Made by a program: the position numbers and the translations under genes | The notes under the pieces: model-generated | What the model saw: only the letters and a program-made list of their open reading frames with translations | What the model was told of the DNA's origin: nothing | Databases searched by the model: none | From: Candidatus Beckwithbacteria bacterium | Lineage (GTDB): Bacteria; Patescibacteriota; Microgenomatia; UBA1400; CG1-02-47-37 | Reading direction: 5' to 3' | Length of the DNA stretch: 64,000 nucleotides | Assembly: GCA_026397255.1 (NCBI GenBank) | Contig: JAPLVF010000013.1 | Span: forward strand, 85,030-149,029 | In this document: piece by piece, positions 31,837-42,387 of the stretch | Layout of the letters: each line of letters begins with the position of its first letter | Numbering within the stretch: position 1 is the stretch's first letter

Positions 31837-32711
31837 CCTTTCTTAAAAAAACCTGGACACAGATAAGAAGAAGCCCTTGGCAAAATCTGGCAGCAGTAAT
31901 GACGACAACTTTAACTTTATTGGTAATCGCCGTTTTTGTCCTGATTTCTTTCGGTTCAATCAAAATTTTGAAATATTTTGAATCGGCCCCTCAGGTAATC
32001 GCCTTTTTTAAACCGGGGAAAGATTTAACCGATGCCAATATTGCCAATATCCGGGCGCAGCTGGATAAAACCGGCAAGTTAAATGATTTCCGCTACGTTT
32101 CCACCCACGAGGCGGAAGCAATTTATAAAGAAAAAAATAAAGATAATCCCCTGTTGTTGGAATTAGTCGATTATAGTATTCTACCCGCTTCAATCGAGAT
32201 CTCAGCGAAAGATTTAAAAGATTTAAAGGATTTAAGGCAAATTCTGCAGGTGCAAGATAATGTCGACGAAGTGGTTTATTACGAAGATATTATTAATAAC
32301 CTGGCCAAATGGATTAACAGCATTAAGACGTTGGGCCTCGGAATAATTATTTATTTGACCGTAGAGTCGATTTTGGTAATTTTGGTGATTACCGGTATGC
32401 AGATTGCCTCTAGGCGGGAAGAAATTGAGATTTTACGTCTAATCGGCGCCACTAGTTGGTTTATCAGAAAACCATTTATCTTAACCGGGATAATTTACGG
32501 AATCGTGGGTAGTTTTTTGGCCTGGGGAGTGTCATATTTACTGTTACTTTACTCGACACCCTTCTTAACTAATTGGCTCCAGGATATTCCGTTACTCCCG
32601 ATTCCTTTCTGGTTTATGATGCTGGTACTATTGATTGAATTATTTTTAGGTGCCTTGATCGGAGCAACCGGCGGTTTATTGGCCACACACAGATTTTTAA
32701 AAGAAGAATAA
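31833..32711 (+). CDS. ftsX: Cell division permease FtsX
   Basis: Four TM segments, RREEIEILRLIGATSWFIRKPF. Confidence 0.93.
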   Translation: MTFLKKTWTQIRRSPWQNLAAVMTTTLTLLVIAVFVLISFGSIKILKYFESAPQVIAFFKPGKDLTDANIANIRAQLDKTGKLNDFRYVSTHEAEAIYKEKNKDNPLLLELVDYSILPASIEISAKDLKDLKDLRQILQVQDNVDEVVYYEDIINNLAKWINSIKTLGLGIIIYLTVESILVILVITGMQIASRREEIEILRLIGATSWFIRKPFILTGIIYGIVGSFLAWGVSYLLLLYSTPFLTNWLQDIPLLPIPFWFMMLVLLIELFLGALIGATGGLLATHRFLKEE

Positions 32712-32720
32712 AATTAAGCC

Positions 32721-33887
32721 ATGTGGAAAAAAATTTTAGGGATTTGCTTACTGCTATTATGTATATCGACGGTAGAAATTCAGGCTGATGATTGCGCTAA
32801 TTTTTCTACCGGCAGCAGTGAAAAAGTTAATTGCTACCAAAATAAATTAAACGAGAATCAGGGACAACAAAAAACCTTAAACTCCACCATTGTCTATTTA
32901 GACAATAAAATGGCTTTAACCATGGCCCAAATCGCCAAAACCGAACAAGAATTGAAGGTCCTGGAAGAAGACATTGCCACTTTAACGGTAAAAATCAGCC
33001 GGCTGGATGAAAACTTAACAGAGATTTCCAAGCTTTTGGTTTCCCGGGTCGGAGCCGGCTATAAAAGAAGTTTATTTAACCCGATACTGATGTTGTTTTC
33101 CAGCGATGGGTTAACCAGCTTTATGCAAAAAGCCAAATACCTGGAACTGGCCCAACAAAATGACCGAAATTTGCTAATGGAGCTGCAAAGTACAAAAAAC
33201 CAACACGAACAGCAAAAACAGCTTGAGGAAGAAAAACAAAAACAAGCGGAAGCTTTAAGACAAACGCTAGCAACGCAAAACTCCAACCTACTGACACAAA
33301 AACAAAGCAAGCAACAATTATTAGAAATTACTAAGAATGATGAAAAAACTTACCAACAATCATTAGCAGAGGCACGAGCAGAGCTCGAAGCTTTACTAAA
33401 TTCTAAGTTTACAGAAAAACGTAATGTGAAAAAAGGGGAAGTTATTGGAATTATGGGTAGCACCGGTAATTCTACCGGTCCGCATTTACACTTTGGTATT
33501 TATAATCTAAGGGAAAATGAGAGGGAAAATTTTAATTATTATGCTGACACTAACCCCTATGACTACCTATCATCCAAAACAGTATTATTTGATAGTAAGT
33601 CATGTGATGATGTTGGTAATGAGCCTGTTACTAAAACTGTAGGCAATGGAGGCCACGATTGGCCCATGGGGAATATTCGAGTTACGCAATGTTGGGGACA
33701 TACTCCATATTCATATAAATATCCAAATAACTTTCATAACGGTTTTGACATCGTTGATCCAAATGCCATCGTTAAAACCACTGATGATGGAATTGCTTAT
33801 TTCTACCGAGGAAGTTCCGCTATGGGCAATAATGTTCGGGTTTTTCACAATGATGGTAAGATGACCCTTTATCTTCATCTTCAATAA
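32721..33887 (+). CDS. Coiled-coil plus M23 peptidase (EnvC-position) protein with permuted catalytic domain
   Basis: Signal peptide, long coiled coil, GSTGNSTGPHLHF, HNGFD, terminal YLHLQ. Confidence 0.85.
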   Translation: MWKKILGICLLLLCISTVEIQADDCANFSTGSSEKVNCYQNKLNENQGQQKTLNSTIVYLDNKMALTMAQIAKTEQELKVLEEDIATLTVKISRLDENLTEISKLLVSRVGAGYKRSLFNPILMLFSSDGLTSFMQKAKYLELAQQNDRNLLMELQSTKNQHEQQKQLEEEKQKQAEALRQTLATQNSNLLTQKQSKQQLLEITKNDEKTYQQSLAEARAELEALLNSKFTEKRNVKKGEVIGIMGSTGNSTGPHLHFGIYNLRENERENFNYYADTNPYDYLSSKTVLFDSKSCDDVGNEPVTKTVGNGGHDWPMGNIRVTQCWGHTPYSYKYPNNFHNGFDIVDPNAIVKTTDDGIAYFYRGSSAMGNNVRVFHNDGKMTLYLHLQ

Positions 33888-33910
33888 TTTTTTTTGATAC
33901 ACTATTCTTA

Positions 33911-34837
33911 ATGCCTGCCCGCATAAATAATATACGAACAAAAATTTTCATTAGCGCCCTCACCGGCGCTTTATTTTTAATTACTCCAAATAAAATATTG
34001 GGACAAATACGGATTAATGAATTTAGCTCAGACACTTCAAGTGATTGGGTTGAAATTTATAACGACTCTGATAATTCTGTGGATCTGAGCGAATACAGCT
34101 TAGTCGATGGTAGTACTTCAGGTAATCCAAAAAGTTTTAACTGCATTTTAGCAGCAAAAGGTTGGACAGTAACAGAATGGAGCAATAAATTAAATCATGA
34201 CGGCGATATTATTAAATTAAAGAGTGGTGAAAATGTAACTGATTGCGTTAGTTATGGTAACTGGACAGAACAATTTTGTTCAGAAGCAACTCAAGTTACT
34301 TTAGCTGAGATTAAAGGAAATGAGGTGGGAGCGCGAAATCCTGACGGCAACGGGACATGGATAGTAACGACAACAGTAACCAAAGATGGTCCTAATGGCG
34401 GTGGTCAAAAGGATTCGAATCTTGGTTGTTTTATGCCCAGCCCGTCACCAGCGCCGAGTCCGTCACCCTCATCTACTCCCTCACCAAGTCCTGAACCCAG
34501 CCCGAGTCGAAGTCCAAGTCCAACACCATTACCATCAAAATCCCCCAGCCCAAAACCCAGCCCCTCGAGTCCCTCGATTGCACTCGGGACAGGTTCGCTC
34601 GGGGTCGTTGATCCATCATTTGATCCTGAAGAAAATTTAATAGCTGAGTTGGCCACGCCTGAAGGCGAGGTTTTGGGGGAAACTGAGCCGGCGACGAAAG
34701 CCGGAAAAACCAAAAATCCTTATTTATTATCTTTTGGTCTAATCGGCTTGGGTTTAGCTTTGATGGCTACGACAGTGGTAGTTTTTACAAAAAGCAACCA
34801 TTATAATAAACCTCATGACACTCAAGGAAAGATTTAA
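33911..34837 (+). CDS. Lamin-tail-domain surface protein with Pro/Ser linker and C-terminal TM
   Basis: IRINEF...DWVEIYN...VDLSEY; (PS)n; GEVLGE; TM. Confidence 0.85.
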   Translation: MPARINNIRTKIFISALTGALFLITPNKILGQIRINEFSSDTSSDWVEIYNDSDNSVDLSEYSLVDGSTSGNPKSFNCILAAKGWTVTEWSNKLNHDGDIIKLKSGENVTDCVSYGNWTEQFCSEATQVTLAEIKGNEVGARNPDGNGTWIVTTTVTKDGPNGGGQKDSNLGCFMPSPSPAPSPSPSSTPSPSPEPSPSRSPSPTPLPSKSPSPKPSPSSPSIALGTGSLGVVDPSFDPEENLIAELATPEGEVLGETEPATKAGKTKNPYLLSFGLIGLGLALMATTVVVFTKSNHYNKPHDTQGKI

Positions 34838-35186
34838 ATTGTGGCTGCCGGCAATGATTTGGATGGTAATAATTTTCTTCATATCCGGCCAACCGATTAA
34901 TAACCCGGGGGTAGCTTTCAGCTGGCTGGATTTTATTTTTAAAAAAACCGGCCATCTGACAGAATACGCTATTTTATACGGATTAATTTTCCGGGCAGTC
35001 TCACAAAAAGGAAAATTTACTTATAAAAAAATTTTTATGACTGCGTTTGTTTTAGGCTTGATTTATGCTTTAACTGATGAATGGCATCAGACTTTTGTGA
35101 CCGGCAGAGAAGGAACCTTAAGAGATGTAGGTTTTGATTCTTTGGGGATGTTGGCCGGATTAATAATCACCAGAAATTGGTTATGA
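34815..35186 (+). CDS. VanZ family membrane protein
   Basis: KKTGHLTEYAIL, YALTDEWHQTFVTGR, DVGFD. Confidence 0.9.
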   Translation: MTLKERFKLWLPAMIWMVIIFFISGQPINNPGVAFSWLDFIFKKTGHLTEYAILYGLIFRAVSQKGKFTYKKIFMTAFVLGLIYALTDEWHQTFVTGREGTLRDVGFDSLGMLAGLIITRNWL

Positions 35187-36115
35187 AAATATTAGTGACC
35201 GGCGGCAAAGGCTATATTGGCTCGATTACGGCTAGTGCTTTAGAAAAAAACGGACAGAAAGTGGTAATTTTTGATAAAAAAGACGGACAGGATATTCAAG
35301 ATATCAACAAATTAAAACAACTGTTAGCAACGGAAAAAATCGAGGCGGTGATGCATTTTGCCGCTTATATCGAAATGGGTGAATCAATGACTAATCCGCA
35401 AAAATATTTTGAAAATAATTTTGTCGGTTCACAACACTTAATCCAAGCAATGGTAGACACTAAGGTTAAATATTTAATTTTTTCTTCCACCGCCGGAGTG
35501 TACGGCAATCCGATCAGAATTCCGATTAAAGAAGATGACCGGAAAGAGCCGGAAAATCCGTATGGACAGTCAAAATTAATGGTGGAGGAAACTTTAGATT
35601 TTTATGACCGGATTTACGGTTTAAAATCGATTTCTTTAAGATATTTTAACGCGGCGGGGGCTTCGCCTGCTGGCGAAGGATTAGGAGAAAACCATCAACC
35701 GGAAAGCCATTTAATCCCTAACCTGATTAAAGCGATTTTGGAAAACCGGGAGTTCTCTTTGTTCGGCAACGATTATCCGACTAAAGATGGAACTTGTATC
35801 CGGGATTACATCCATGTTTTGGATTTGGCCGAGGCGCATATTTTAGCCTTAAAAGCACTTATTTCCGGTCATAAAAGCGAGGTTTATAATGTGGGTGCCG
35901 GAAAAGGTTATTCTTCTTTAGAAGTGATCAAAATGGTGGAAAAAGTCAGCGCTAAAAAATTAAAGTTAAAAATCGGACCAAGGCGACCGGGAGATGCTAA
36001 TGAGTTGGTGGCCGACCCGACAAAAATTCAAAAAGACTTAGGCTGGCGACCAAAATATTCGGATTTAGAAACAATTGTTAGATCTGCCTGGCAGTGGCAC
36101 AAAAAACAGCTATGA
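35183..36115 (+). CDS. galE: UDP-glucose 4-epimerase
   Basis: ILVTGGKGYIG, HFAA, FSST, YGQSK, LRYFN, RDYIHV. Confidence 0.93.
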   Translation: MKILVTGGKGYIGSITASALEKNGQKVVIFDKKDGQDIQDINKLKQLLATEKIEAVMHFAAYIEMGESMTNPQKYFENNFVGSQHLIQAMVDTKVKYLIFSSTAGVYGNPIRIPIKEDDRKEPENPYGQSKLMVEETLDFYDRIYGLKSISLRYFNAAGASPAGEGLGENHQPESHLIPNLIKAILENREFSLFGNDYPTKDGTCIRDYIHVLDLAEAHILALKALISGHKSEVYNVGAGKGYSSLEVIKMVEKVSAKKLKLKIGPRRPGDANELVADPTKIQKDLGWRPKYSDLETIVRSAWQWHKKQL

Positions 36116-36708
36116 ATATGATTGGTTCTGCAATTGAAAAGGGTCTGGGAATTTTAGGGATAAGGGAGAGTGTAAAATTGGTCGCTCCGATTCAAAAACT
36201 TGATTTTTCTATTAAAGAAGTAGCCGATCCTGAGTTTTCTGCCATTGTGCAAAAAGAACCGGAGGCAAACAGAATCTTTGTTTTACCTTTTAAGGTTAAT
36301 TCCTCAGATTATTTTTCTTTTTTGCAATTATTGCAAAATTTAGGTTTTGATAATTTTGCTATGCTGAGTATGCCTCATGGGGAAAAATTATCACCTGTCC
36401 ATAGCAATATTGCCGGACTTCGCCAACAATTACTGGAAAATCCTATTCCCACAAACAGGAAAAGCGAGCCTAGAAATAAATTTTCTTCACTGAATATTTT
36501 CAAATCAGGAAGATTGCACCTGCGTCTATTTGAATTTGGACAAGATACGGTAATTGCGGCACATATCGACCAACCAAATACAGAACATTTAGATATCAGA
36601 AAACATCTGGCAAATAAGTTTGTTTCTGATTATCCGGGTGGAGAAACATTGTTTCAGGAATTACTTGAAAATGTAAAATCGGCTTTGGAGCCAAGCATTA
36701 CTTCCTAA
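36112..36708 (+). CDS. Hypothetical protein
   Basis: ATGA overlap with galE; RLHLRLF/AAHID motifs. Confidence 0.6.
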   Translation: MNMIGSAIEKGLGILGIRESVKLVAPIQKLDFSIKEVADPEFSAIVQKEPEANRIFVLPFKVNSSDYFSFLQLLQNLGFDNFAMLSMPHGEKLSPVHSNIAGLRQQLLENPIPTNRKSEPRNKFSSLNIFKSGRLHLRLFEFGQDTVIAAHIDQPNTEHLDIRKHLANKFVSDYPGGETLFQELLENVKSALEPSITS

Positions 36709-36739
36709 CATTCCGTTCCGGAACGGAATAAACGAAACC

Positions 36740-36770
36740 ACCTCTATCACACACCGGGTGTGTGATAAGA
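36740..36770. repeat. 31-bp palindromic repeat, copy 1
   Basis: ACCTCTATCACACACCGGGTGTGTGATAAGA, identical to 36992-37022. Confidence 0.95.
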
Positions 36771-36801
36771 CTATAGCAAGGTAACGTGTTAAAATGCCTT
36801 T

Positions 36802-36989
36802 ATGTGGTTAATCTGGGCGTTGATATCAGGACTGTTTTATACCGGGGATAATTTAATTACCCGCTATATTCTCAAAGGGAATAAAGACGCTTGGGCGTTC
36901 TCATTTTATTTTAGTTTTATTGGCGCGCTGGTAAGTTTGCCGCCGTCATCGCCGCCACCCTCGGCGCAATTTTAATCCGCTGGAGCTAA
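36802..36989 (+). pseudogene. Internally deleted EamA/DMT-like transporter
   Basis: 5' part MWLIWALISGLFYTGDNLITRYILKGNKDAWAFSFYFSFIGALVSLP joined out of frame to a 3' end AVIAATLGAILIRWS*. Confidence 0.7.
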
Positions 36990-36991
36990 TT

Positions 36992-37022
36992 ACCTCTATC
37001 ACACACCGGGTGTGTGATAAGA
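36992..37022. repeat. 31-bp palindromic repeat, copy 2
   Basis: Identical to 36740-36770. Confidence 0.95.
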
Positions 37023-37027
37023 AAAGT

Positions 37028-37047
37028 GGCGGAAAGGCCGCCTTTTT
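37028..37047 (+). terminator. Putative intrinsic terminator
   Basis: GGCGG-AAAGG-CCGCC-TTTTT. Confidence 0.55.
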
Positions 37048-37061
37048 ACTACAATAACCAT

Positions 37062-37835
37062 ATGGGTTGGTTTACGACCTTTATTTATCAGCCGTTTTTT
37101 AATCTATTGGTAGGAATTTACTGGGCTTTAGGGAGGGTGGCGCCGCAATATTTGGACATGGGAAATGCGGTGATTATTTTTACGATAATTTTTAGAATTA
37201 TCTGGATACCCATCTCTCTTTCTTCCTCTCGCAGCGCTAAAGAACGGCATGAAATCTCGGAAAAATTTTCAGAAATTCAGGCATTACACGCTAAAGATCC
37301 TATCAGAGAACGGGAAGAAACGAAAAAATTAATGAGGAGAAACAGAAGAATCATCTTTATGTCCTCGTTCGATATCTTTTTTCAGATAATGGTGATGCTG
37401 ATGCTTTACCGGATTTTTACCACCGGTTTGGAGGGGGCAGATTTTCATTTGATTTATAAGTGGATGCCAGCGCATCCGGAACACTTTAATTTAACCTGGC
37501 TAAACGGCCGGTTTGATTTAACCCACCCGAATGTAACTTTAAATCTCATCAATTCGCTGGTTATTTTTGTCGCCGAAGGACTGTCGGGGTTGCTGTCGCC
37601 CTTCCCAACCGGCAGAAGCGAACTATTAACTTTATTTATCTTGCCGATCGGGGCGTTTAGTTTTTTTGCTTTTATGCCGGCCGGGAAAAAATTGTTTGTG
37701 ATTACCACTTTACTGTTTTCAATTGTAATCATGCTTGCTAAGGCCGTAAAAATTATCTATTATGAATCCAGGGGCAGGCTGAAGAAATTAGCCTACGGCC
37801 TAATTATTGATAAACCCAAAGAAGGGGTAAAATAA
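37062..37835 (+). CDS. YidC/Oxa1-family membrane insertase-like protein (short form)
   Basis: FIYQPFFNLL, MGNAVIIFTIIFRIIWIP, coiled segment, LYRIF, further TMs. Confidence 0.75.
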   Translation: MGWFTTFIYQPFFNLLVGIYWALGRVAPQYLDMGNAVIIFTIIFRIIWIPISLSSSRSAKERHEISEKFSEIQALHAKDPIREREETKKLMRRNRRIIFMSSFDIFFQIMVMLMLYRIFTTGLEGADFHLIYKWMPAHPEHFNLTWLNGRFDLTHPNVTLNLINSLVIFVAEGLSGLLSPFPTGRSELLTLFILPIGAFSFFAFMPAGKKLFVITTLLFSIVIMLAKAVKIIYYESRGRLKKLAYGLIIDKPKEGVK

Positions 37836-38453
37836 ATGGAGTTTGATAAATTAGTGGTTTCTTTCTTAGCCGATGAGGTGGTCGGCGGATTTTTTGTCAA
37901 TGTGCCGCCGGGACACGTCGCCTGCATCCATGACTTAGGACGAGGGGTATTAAAAAAAGTTAAGGGTCCGGGATTACATCTTAAAATCCCCTTTTGGCAA
38001 AGAGCCAAGCTGTTTAACGCGCAGATTCTGGAATACTTAATCCGGCATGACTTTGATTTAACTTATAAAGAAGCAATGGGCGATGAAGCGATTACCGGCA
38101 AGACTTCAGACGGAAAAAATATCCAATTAGAAGGTTCAATCTTATTTAAAATCGATAAAACCCGGGCCAATGAACTGTGGGAAACGATTGGAGAGAATTT
38201 TATCAGTAAAATTGTCCGGCCGGTTTCCCGGAGCCGCATCAGAAGCGTTTTATCAGAGGTCTCCTTAAATCAGTTAACCTCTTATCGAACCCAAGTCGAG
38301 GAAAAAATCAAAAAAGAGTTGAATAATATTTTTTCCAAATCAGGTATTATTTGCGACGGATTTTTATTATCGGAATTAAAAGATTTAGGAGTTTTGAAAA
38401 CCACCAGTGATGATAAAGTGATTTTTAAAGAAGAAAAATCAGACGAAAGCTAA
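37836..38453 (+). CDS. SPFH/prohibitin (band 7) domain protein
   Basis: VPPGHVA, GPGLHLKIPF, TSDG, IVRPVSRSRIR. Confidence 0.85.
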   Translation: MEFDKLVVSFLADEVVGGFFVNVPPGHVACIHDLGRGVLKKVKGPGLHLKIPFWQRAKLFNAQILEYLIRHDFDLTYKEAMGDEAITGKTSDGKNIQLEGSILFKIDKTRANELWETIGENFISKIVRPVSRSRIRSVLSEVSLNQLTSYRTQVEEKIKKELNNIFSKSGIICDGFLLSELKDLGVLKTTSDDKVIFKEEKSDES

Positions 38454-39331
38454 CGGAAATAATTTAAGATAAGTTTAGCGGTCAGTTCGTGACCAGCCAC
38501 AGAAGGATGAAGGCCGTCATGACTGATATAGCGGCTATTACCTTCTCCGTCTGGAGATAAACTCGCCTCATAGACATTAATTAAAGGAATGTTTTGGCTG
38601 TGAGCAAAGTTAATAAAATTATTCAAATATAACTTAACTGTTTTAGCCTGATCAGCCCGATCATTGGCTGATAAATTTAATCCTTCAATGTTGCCGGCAA
38701 AAAGCTTGGAGTTGGGGGCAATGGTGGCCAAAAATATCAATTTCGCGTGACTGTTGTTTCTGACCGTCTCGACAATTTTGCCTAAAGTCAGCCACTGTTT
38801 ATCCAAATCCTCCTGGGACTGGCTCCCATGATTGTAGGCCATGGACTCAATAATAATAATATCCGGCTGGACAGAGAAGAGAGCCGGAATGGTTTGGCCT
38901 AAATATTGATAATCATTATTTAACCGATGCAGGCCAAATTCTAAGTTGGTAGCGCCGGCGCCGTAATTGAAAATTTGAAAGGCGGCGGCGGGAAAATAGC
39001 GACTGAGCTCCTGCTGTAATGCCGGAAACCCCGGACCGGCAGTATCGATCATGGAATCACCTAATAGGGCAATTTTATATTCCCCTTTGAGTTGGTTATT
39101 GGTTTTTGGCTCAACTTCTGGTTTAGTTGAGGGAACACGAGGAATTTCGATTACTTGGGCTTGGATAGTTCCGGCCGGAATCACAATCTGTAAAGGCACT
39201 GAAGTATCTTCACTGCTACTGCTTAATGGGGATAAAAACGCCGGTTGATTGACAGAAAAGCCGCCGACTGAAAAAACGCCGACAATCAGGCCTAAAGAAA
39301 AAATAAAGCCAGCCTTTTGCCAGTAAGCCAT
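38450..39331 (-). CDS. SGNH/GDSL hydrolase
   Basis: ALLGDSM, NYGAG, DGLHPS. Confidence 0.85.
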   Translation of the reverse strand: MAYWQKAGFIFSLGLIVGVFSVGGFSVNQPAFLSPLSSSSEDTSVPLQIVIPAGTIQAQVIEIPRVPSTKPEVEPKTNNQLKGEYKIALLGDSMIDTAGPGFPALQQELSRYFPAAAFQIFNYGAGATNLEFGLHRLNNDYQYLGQTIPALFSVQPDIIIIESMAYNHGSQSQEDLDKQWLTLGKIVETVRNNSHAKLIFLATIAPNSKLFAGNIEGLNLSANDRADQAKTVKLYLNNFINFAHSQNIPLINVYEASLSPDGEGNSRYISHDGLHPSVAGHELTAKLILNYFR

Positions 39332-39355
39332 GATGCAACCATCTTAACCTTAAAG

Positions 39356-41716
39356 TCAGACGAAGGCTAATTTAAGCACTTCATCCAGGTGGGAAACGAA
39401 TTCAAACTTAATTTCTTTTTTAACTTTAGCGGGAAGTTTGTCTAAATTTTTCTGATTGTCTTTCGGTAAAATTACCATGGTGATGCCGGCACGATGAGCG
39501 GCGATGACTTTTTCTTTAACCCCGCCGATTTCCAGGACCCGGCCCCGAAGGGTAATTTCACCGGTCATGGCGACAGTTTTTTTAACTTTTTTCTTAGTTA
39601 AAGCGGAAATAACGGCGGTGGCCATGGTAATACCGGCCGACGGACCGTCTTTAGGCACCGCCCCCTCAGGCACATGAATATGGATATCCACGGTTTGATA
39701 AAAATTCTTGTTGAGTTTTAGCTGCTGCCAGCGGGAACGGACATAAGAGATGGCGGCTTGAGCAGATTCTTTCATCACTTCGCCTAAATGACCGGTAAGG
39801 GTAATTTTGCCTTTGCCGGGAACAATCGCTACTTCAATAAATAAAACATCGCCGCCGGCTTCGGTCCAAGCCAGGCCGGTAGCCACACCAATATCATCTT
39901 TTTGTCCGGCCAAAACAGGAGAAAATGCTTCCGGGCCAAGATATTCAAATAAATTTTTAGGGATAACTTTAAAGGGACCACGTTTTTTAAAGGCAATTTT
40001 CTTGGCAATTTTGCGAAAAACCTTAGAGATTTCTCTTTCTAAGCCGCGAACGCCGGCTTCATGAGTGTAGCCGGAAATAATTTTTTTCAAACTTGATAAG
40101 GGTAAAATCGCCTGTTTTTTAGTCAGACCGCTGGCATTTAAGCTTTTATTGATCAAGTATTTTAGGGCAATTTTTTCTTTTTCATCAGCGGTATAACCGG
40201 AAAAATGAATTACTTCTAAACGGTCTCTTAAGGACGGCGGGATCGTATCTAAAATATTAGCTGTGGTGATAAACATCACCTGGGATAAATCAAAAGCCAC
40301 TTCCAGATAGTGATCGGAAAAATCTTTATTCTGCTCGGGGTCCAAAGCTTCCAATAAAGCGGCCGAGGGGTCACCGCGAAAATCTGCCCCAACCTTGTCA
40401 ATTTCATCCAGCATAAAGACCGGATTATTGGTCCCGGCGGTTTTAATCCCCTGAATAATCCGGCCGGGCAAGGCACCAACATAAGTGCGGCGGTGGCCGC
40501 GGATTTCGGCTTCGTCGCGAATACCGCCTAAAGAAACTTTGACAAATTTACGATTTAAGGCCCGGGCAATCGAACGGCCAATCGAGGTTTTACCAACTCC
40601 GGGAGGGCCAACGAAGCAAAGAATCGTCGGTCCGGCCGGAACAACAGATTTATTAGCGCCCTGACGTTGTTTTTTCAACTGGAGCACGGCTAAATATTCC
40701 ATAATTCTGTCTTTAACTTCTTCAAGACCATAATGATCGGCTTCGAGGATACTCTCAGCCTTATTCATACTGACATTATTGGGACTACCAACACTCCAGG
40801 GCAAGCCACAAAGCCAATCCAAATAGGTACGAATATAGCCTGTTTCTGGATTATACATATGCATTTCTTCCAGACGGTTTAATTCTTCCAAGGCTTTTTT
40901 GTTTGCCTCATTAGGCATCTTGGCGGCGGTGATTTTCTCCCGATATTCTTTAATGTCTTTATTTTCACTGTCATCGCCCAGTTCTTTTTGAATGGTTTTT
41001 AAACGTTCGCGCAAAACAGTCTCCCGCATGTTTTTATCGAATTTCTTCTGGGTTTTAGTATTAATATTGCGTTCAATTTCCAAAATTTTTAATTCCTGCG
41101 AGAGGTGGTCGGAAACTAATTCCAAACGTTTTTTCACCTCCAGAGTTTCCAAGAGAAACTGTTTTTGACTGGTAGAAATATCCAGATTGGTGGCAATTTG
41201 ATCAGCCAGCTCGGAAGCGGAAACCCCGCTCATTACCCGCATAAACATGAAAAAATCGACGGATTTACCCATATTGACGGCTTGTTTATAGTTATTGCTA
41301 ACCAGCTTCAGCAAAGCCGTAACCTCATCAGATTCTTCGGTAATTTCCGCTAATTCTTCCACTTCGCCAACTAAAAAAGGTTCACTGGCAGTTAAACTGT
41401 TAATTTTGACCCGGACTAAACCCTTGACCAGAGCGTTAATTTCCCCATCGGTCTTTAAAATTCTTTCCAGGCTGCAAAGCGTCCCGATTGTATAAATATC
41501 GTTTACCCCCGGTTCGGCAACTTCAGGGTTTTTTTGCGCCACGAAAACAATTAATCGATCGGTGCGAAAAGCGGCCTCGACACCGGCACTACTTTTGGCC
41601 CGGCCAAAAGTCAAGACCGACTCACTGTGAGGAAAGACAACCCCTTCACGCAAGGGCACAAGCGGAACAACCCTTTTGGTTGGTTTATTCTGGTGCGGAC
41701 CTAAAAGAATAGCCAT
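39356..41716 (-). CDS. lon: ATP-dependent Lon protease
   Basis: [30 protein letters not shown]. Confidence 0.98.
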   Translation of the reverse strand: MAILLGPHQNKPTKRVVPLVPLREGVVFPHSESVLTFGRAKSSAGVEAAFRTDRLIVFVAQKNPEVAEPGVNDIYTIGTLCSLERILKTDGEINALVKGLVRVKINSLTASEPFLVGEVEELAEITEESDEVTALLKLVSNNYKQAVNMGKSVDFFMFMRVMSGVSASELADQIATNLDISTSQKQFLLETLEVKKRLELVSDHLSQELKILEIERNINTKTQKKFDKNMRETVLRERLKTIQKELGDDSENKDIKEYREKITAAKMPNEANKKALEELNRLEEMHMYNPETGYIRTYLDWLCGLPWSVGSPNNVSMNKAESILEADHYGLEEVKDRIMEYLAVLQLKKQRQGANKSVVPAGPTILCFVGPPGVGKTSIGRSIARALNRKFVKVSLGGIRDEAEIRGHRRTYVGALPGRIIQGIKTAGTNNPVFMLDEIDKVGADFRGDPSAALLEALDPEQNKDFSDHYLEVAFDLSQVMFITTANILDTIPPSLRDRLEVIHFSGYTADEKEKIALKYLINKSLNASGLTKKQAILPLSSLKKIISGYTHEAGVRGLEREISKVFRKIAKKIAFKKRGPFKVIPKNLFEYLGPEAFSPVLAGQKDDIGVATGLAWTEAGGDVLFIEVAIVPGKGKITLTGHLGEVMKESAQAAISYVRSRWQQLKLNKNFYQTVDIHIHVPEGAVPKDGPSAGITMATAVISALTKKKVKKTVAMTGEITLRGRVLEIGGVKEKVIAAHRAGITMVILPKDNQKNLDKLPAKVKKEIKFEFVSHLDEVLKLAFV

Positions 41717-41742
41717 AATTTAGCAGTATAAACAAAAGAGTG

Positions 41743-42384
41743 CTAACGGTCAAGTCCCAGTATTAATTCTTTTAGAGTTTGTTCCTGATTATCTGATTTG
41801 GCAAATTCGGAAGCGACTAACACTCCGGCACCGCCGGCGGCTAAAGCTTTTTGAACATGGAGTTTGTTTCTAATTCCCCCGCCGATAATTAAAGGTGCCT
41901 GAGCCACTTGAACGGCTTTTTTAATTAAAGCCTCATGGGCATCAATCATAGCGACCGGCCCGCCAATCAGCCGGGGATCTTCAAAAGCGATAAAATCAGG
42001 TTTTAAGGTGTTAAATTTGGTAATCATGGCCAAATCGGATGCCATTAACATAAATTTGAGCCCTACCTTCCGGCAAAAAGCCGTGGTTTTGATAATAGTT
42101 GACCAATCAAGCAGGTGTTCGGCGTGATTTAATAACACCCCTGAGGCTCCGGCAAATTTTAAACTTGCTGGTGCCTGCCAGCCGGTAAATTTTCCAGACT
42201 CAACCGGGTCGGCGTGCTGGGCCCAGATTTCTAAATCAGGCAAAGCTTGCTTAACCTGGTAAATATCCACAGCCTGAAGACAAGGAATTACAAGTTTGTC
42301 TGCCAGTTGGCGGATCAGACGGCAAAGTTTAAGAGTATTCTCCCCGCAGGTTTGGCGATAAATCTTAAAATTAAGAAAAATCAT
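41743..42384 (-). CDS. tpiA: Triosephosphate isomerase, archaeal-type short form
   Basis: LNFK, AQH, LNHAEH, FEDPRLIG, GVLVAS. Confidence 0.88.
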   Translation of the reverse strand: MIFLNFKIYRQTCGENTLKLCRLIRQLADKLVIPCLQAVDIYQVKQALPDLEIWAQHADPVESGKFTGWQAPASLKFAGASGVLLNHAEHLLDWSTIIKTTAFCRKVGLKFMLMASDLAMITKFNTLKPDFIAFEDPRLIGGPVAMIDAHEALIKKAVQVAQAPLIIGGGIRNKLHVQKALAAGGAGVLVASEFAKSDNQEQTLKELILGLDR

Positions 42385-42387
42385 ATT

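Noticed and set aside
34436..34562. Pro/Ser tandem repeats as a DNA repeat element
   Set aside because: Codons vary synonymously; this is an ordinary protein linker
35660..35680. TTCGCC-TGCT-GGCGAA hairpin in galE as another inserted element
   Set aside because: It falls in a naturally variable loop with little length change; single copy, so not supportable
36740..37022. Mini-CRISPR or IS ends
   Set aside because: Only two direct copies with a 221-bp interval, and no transposase
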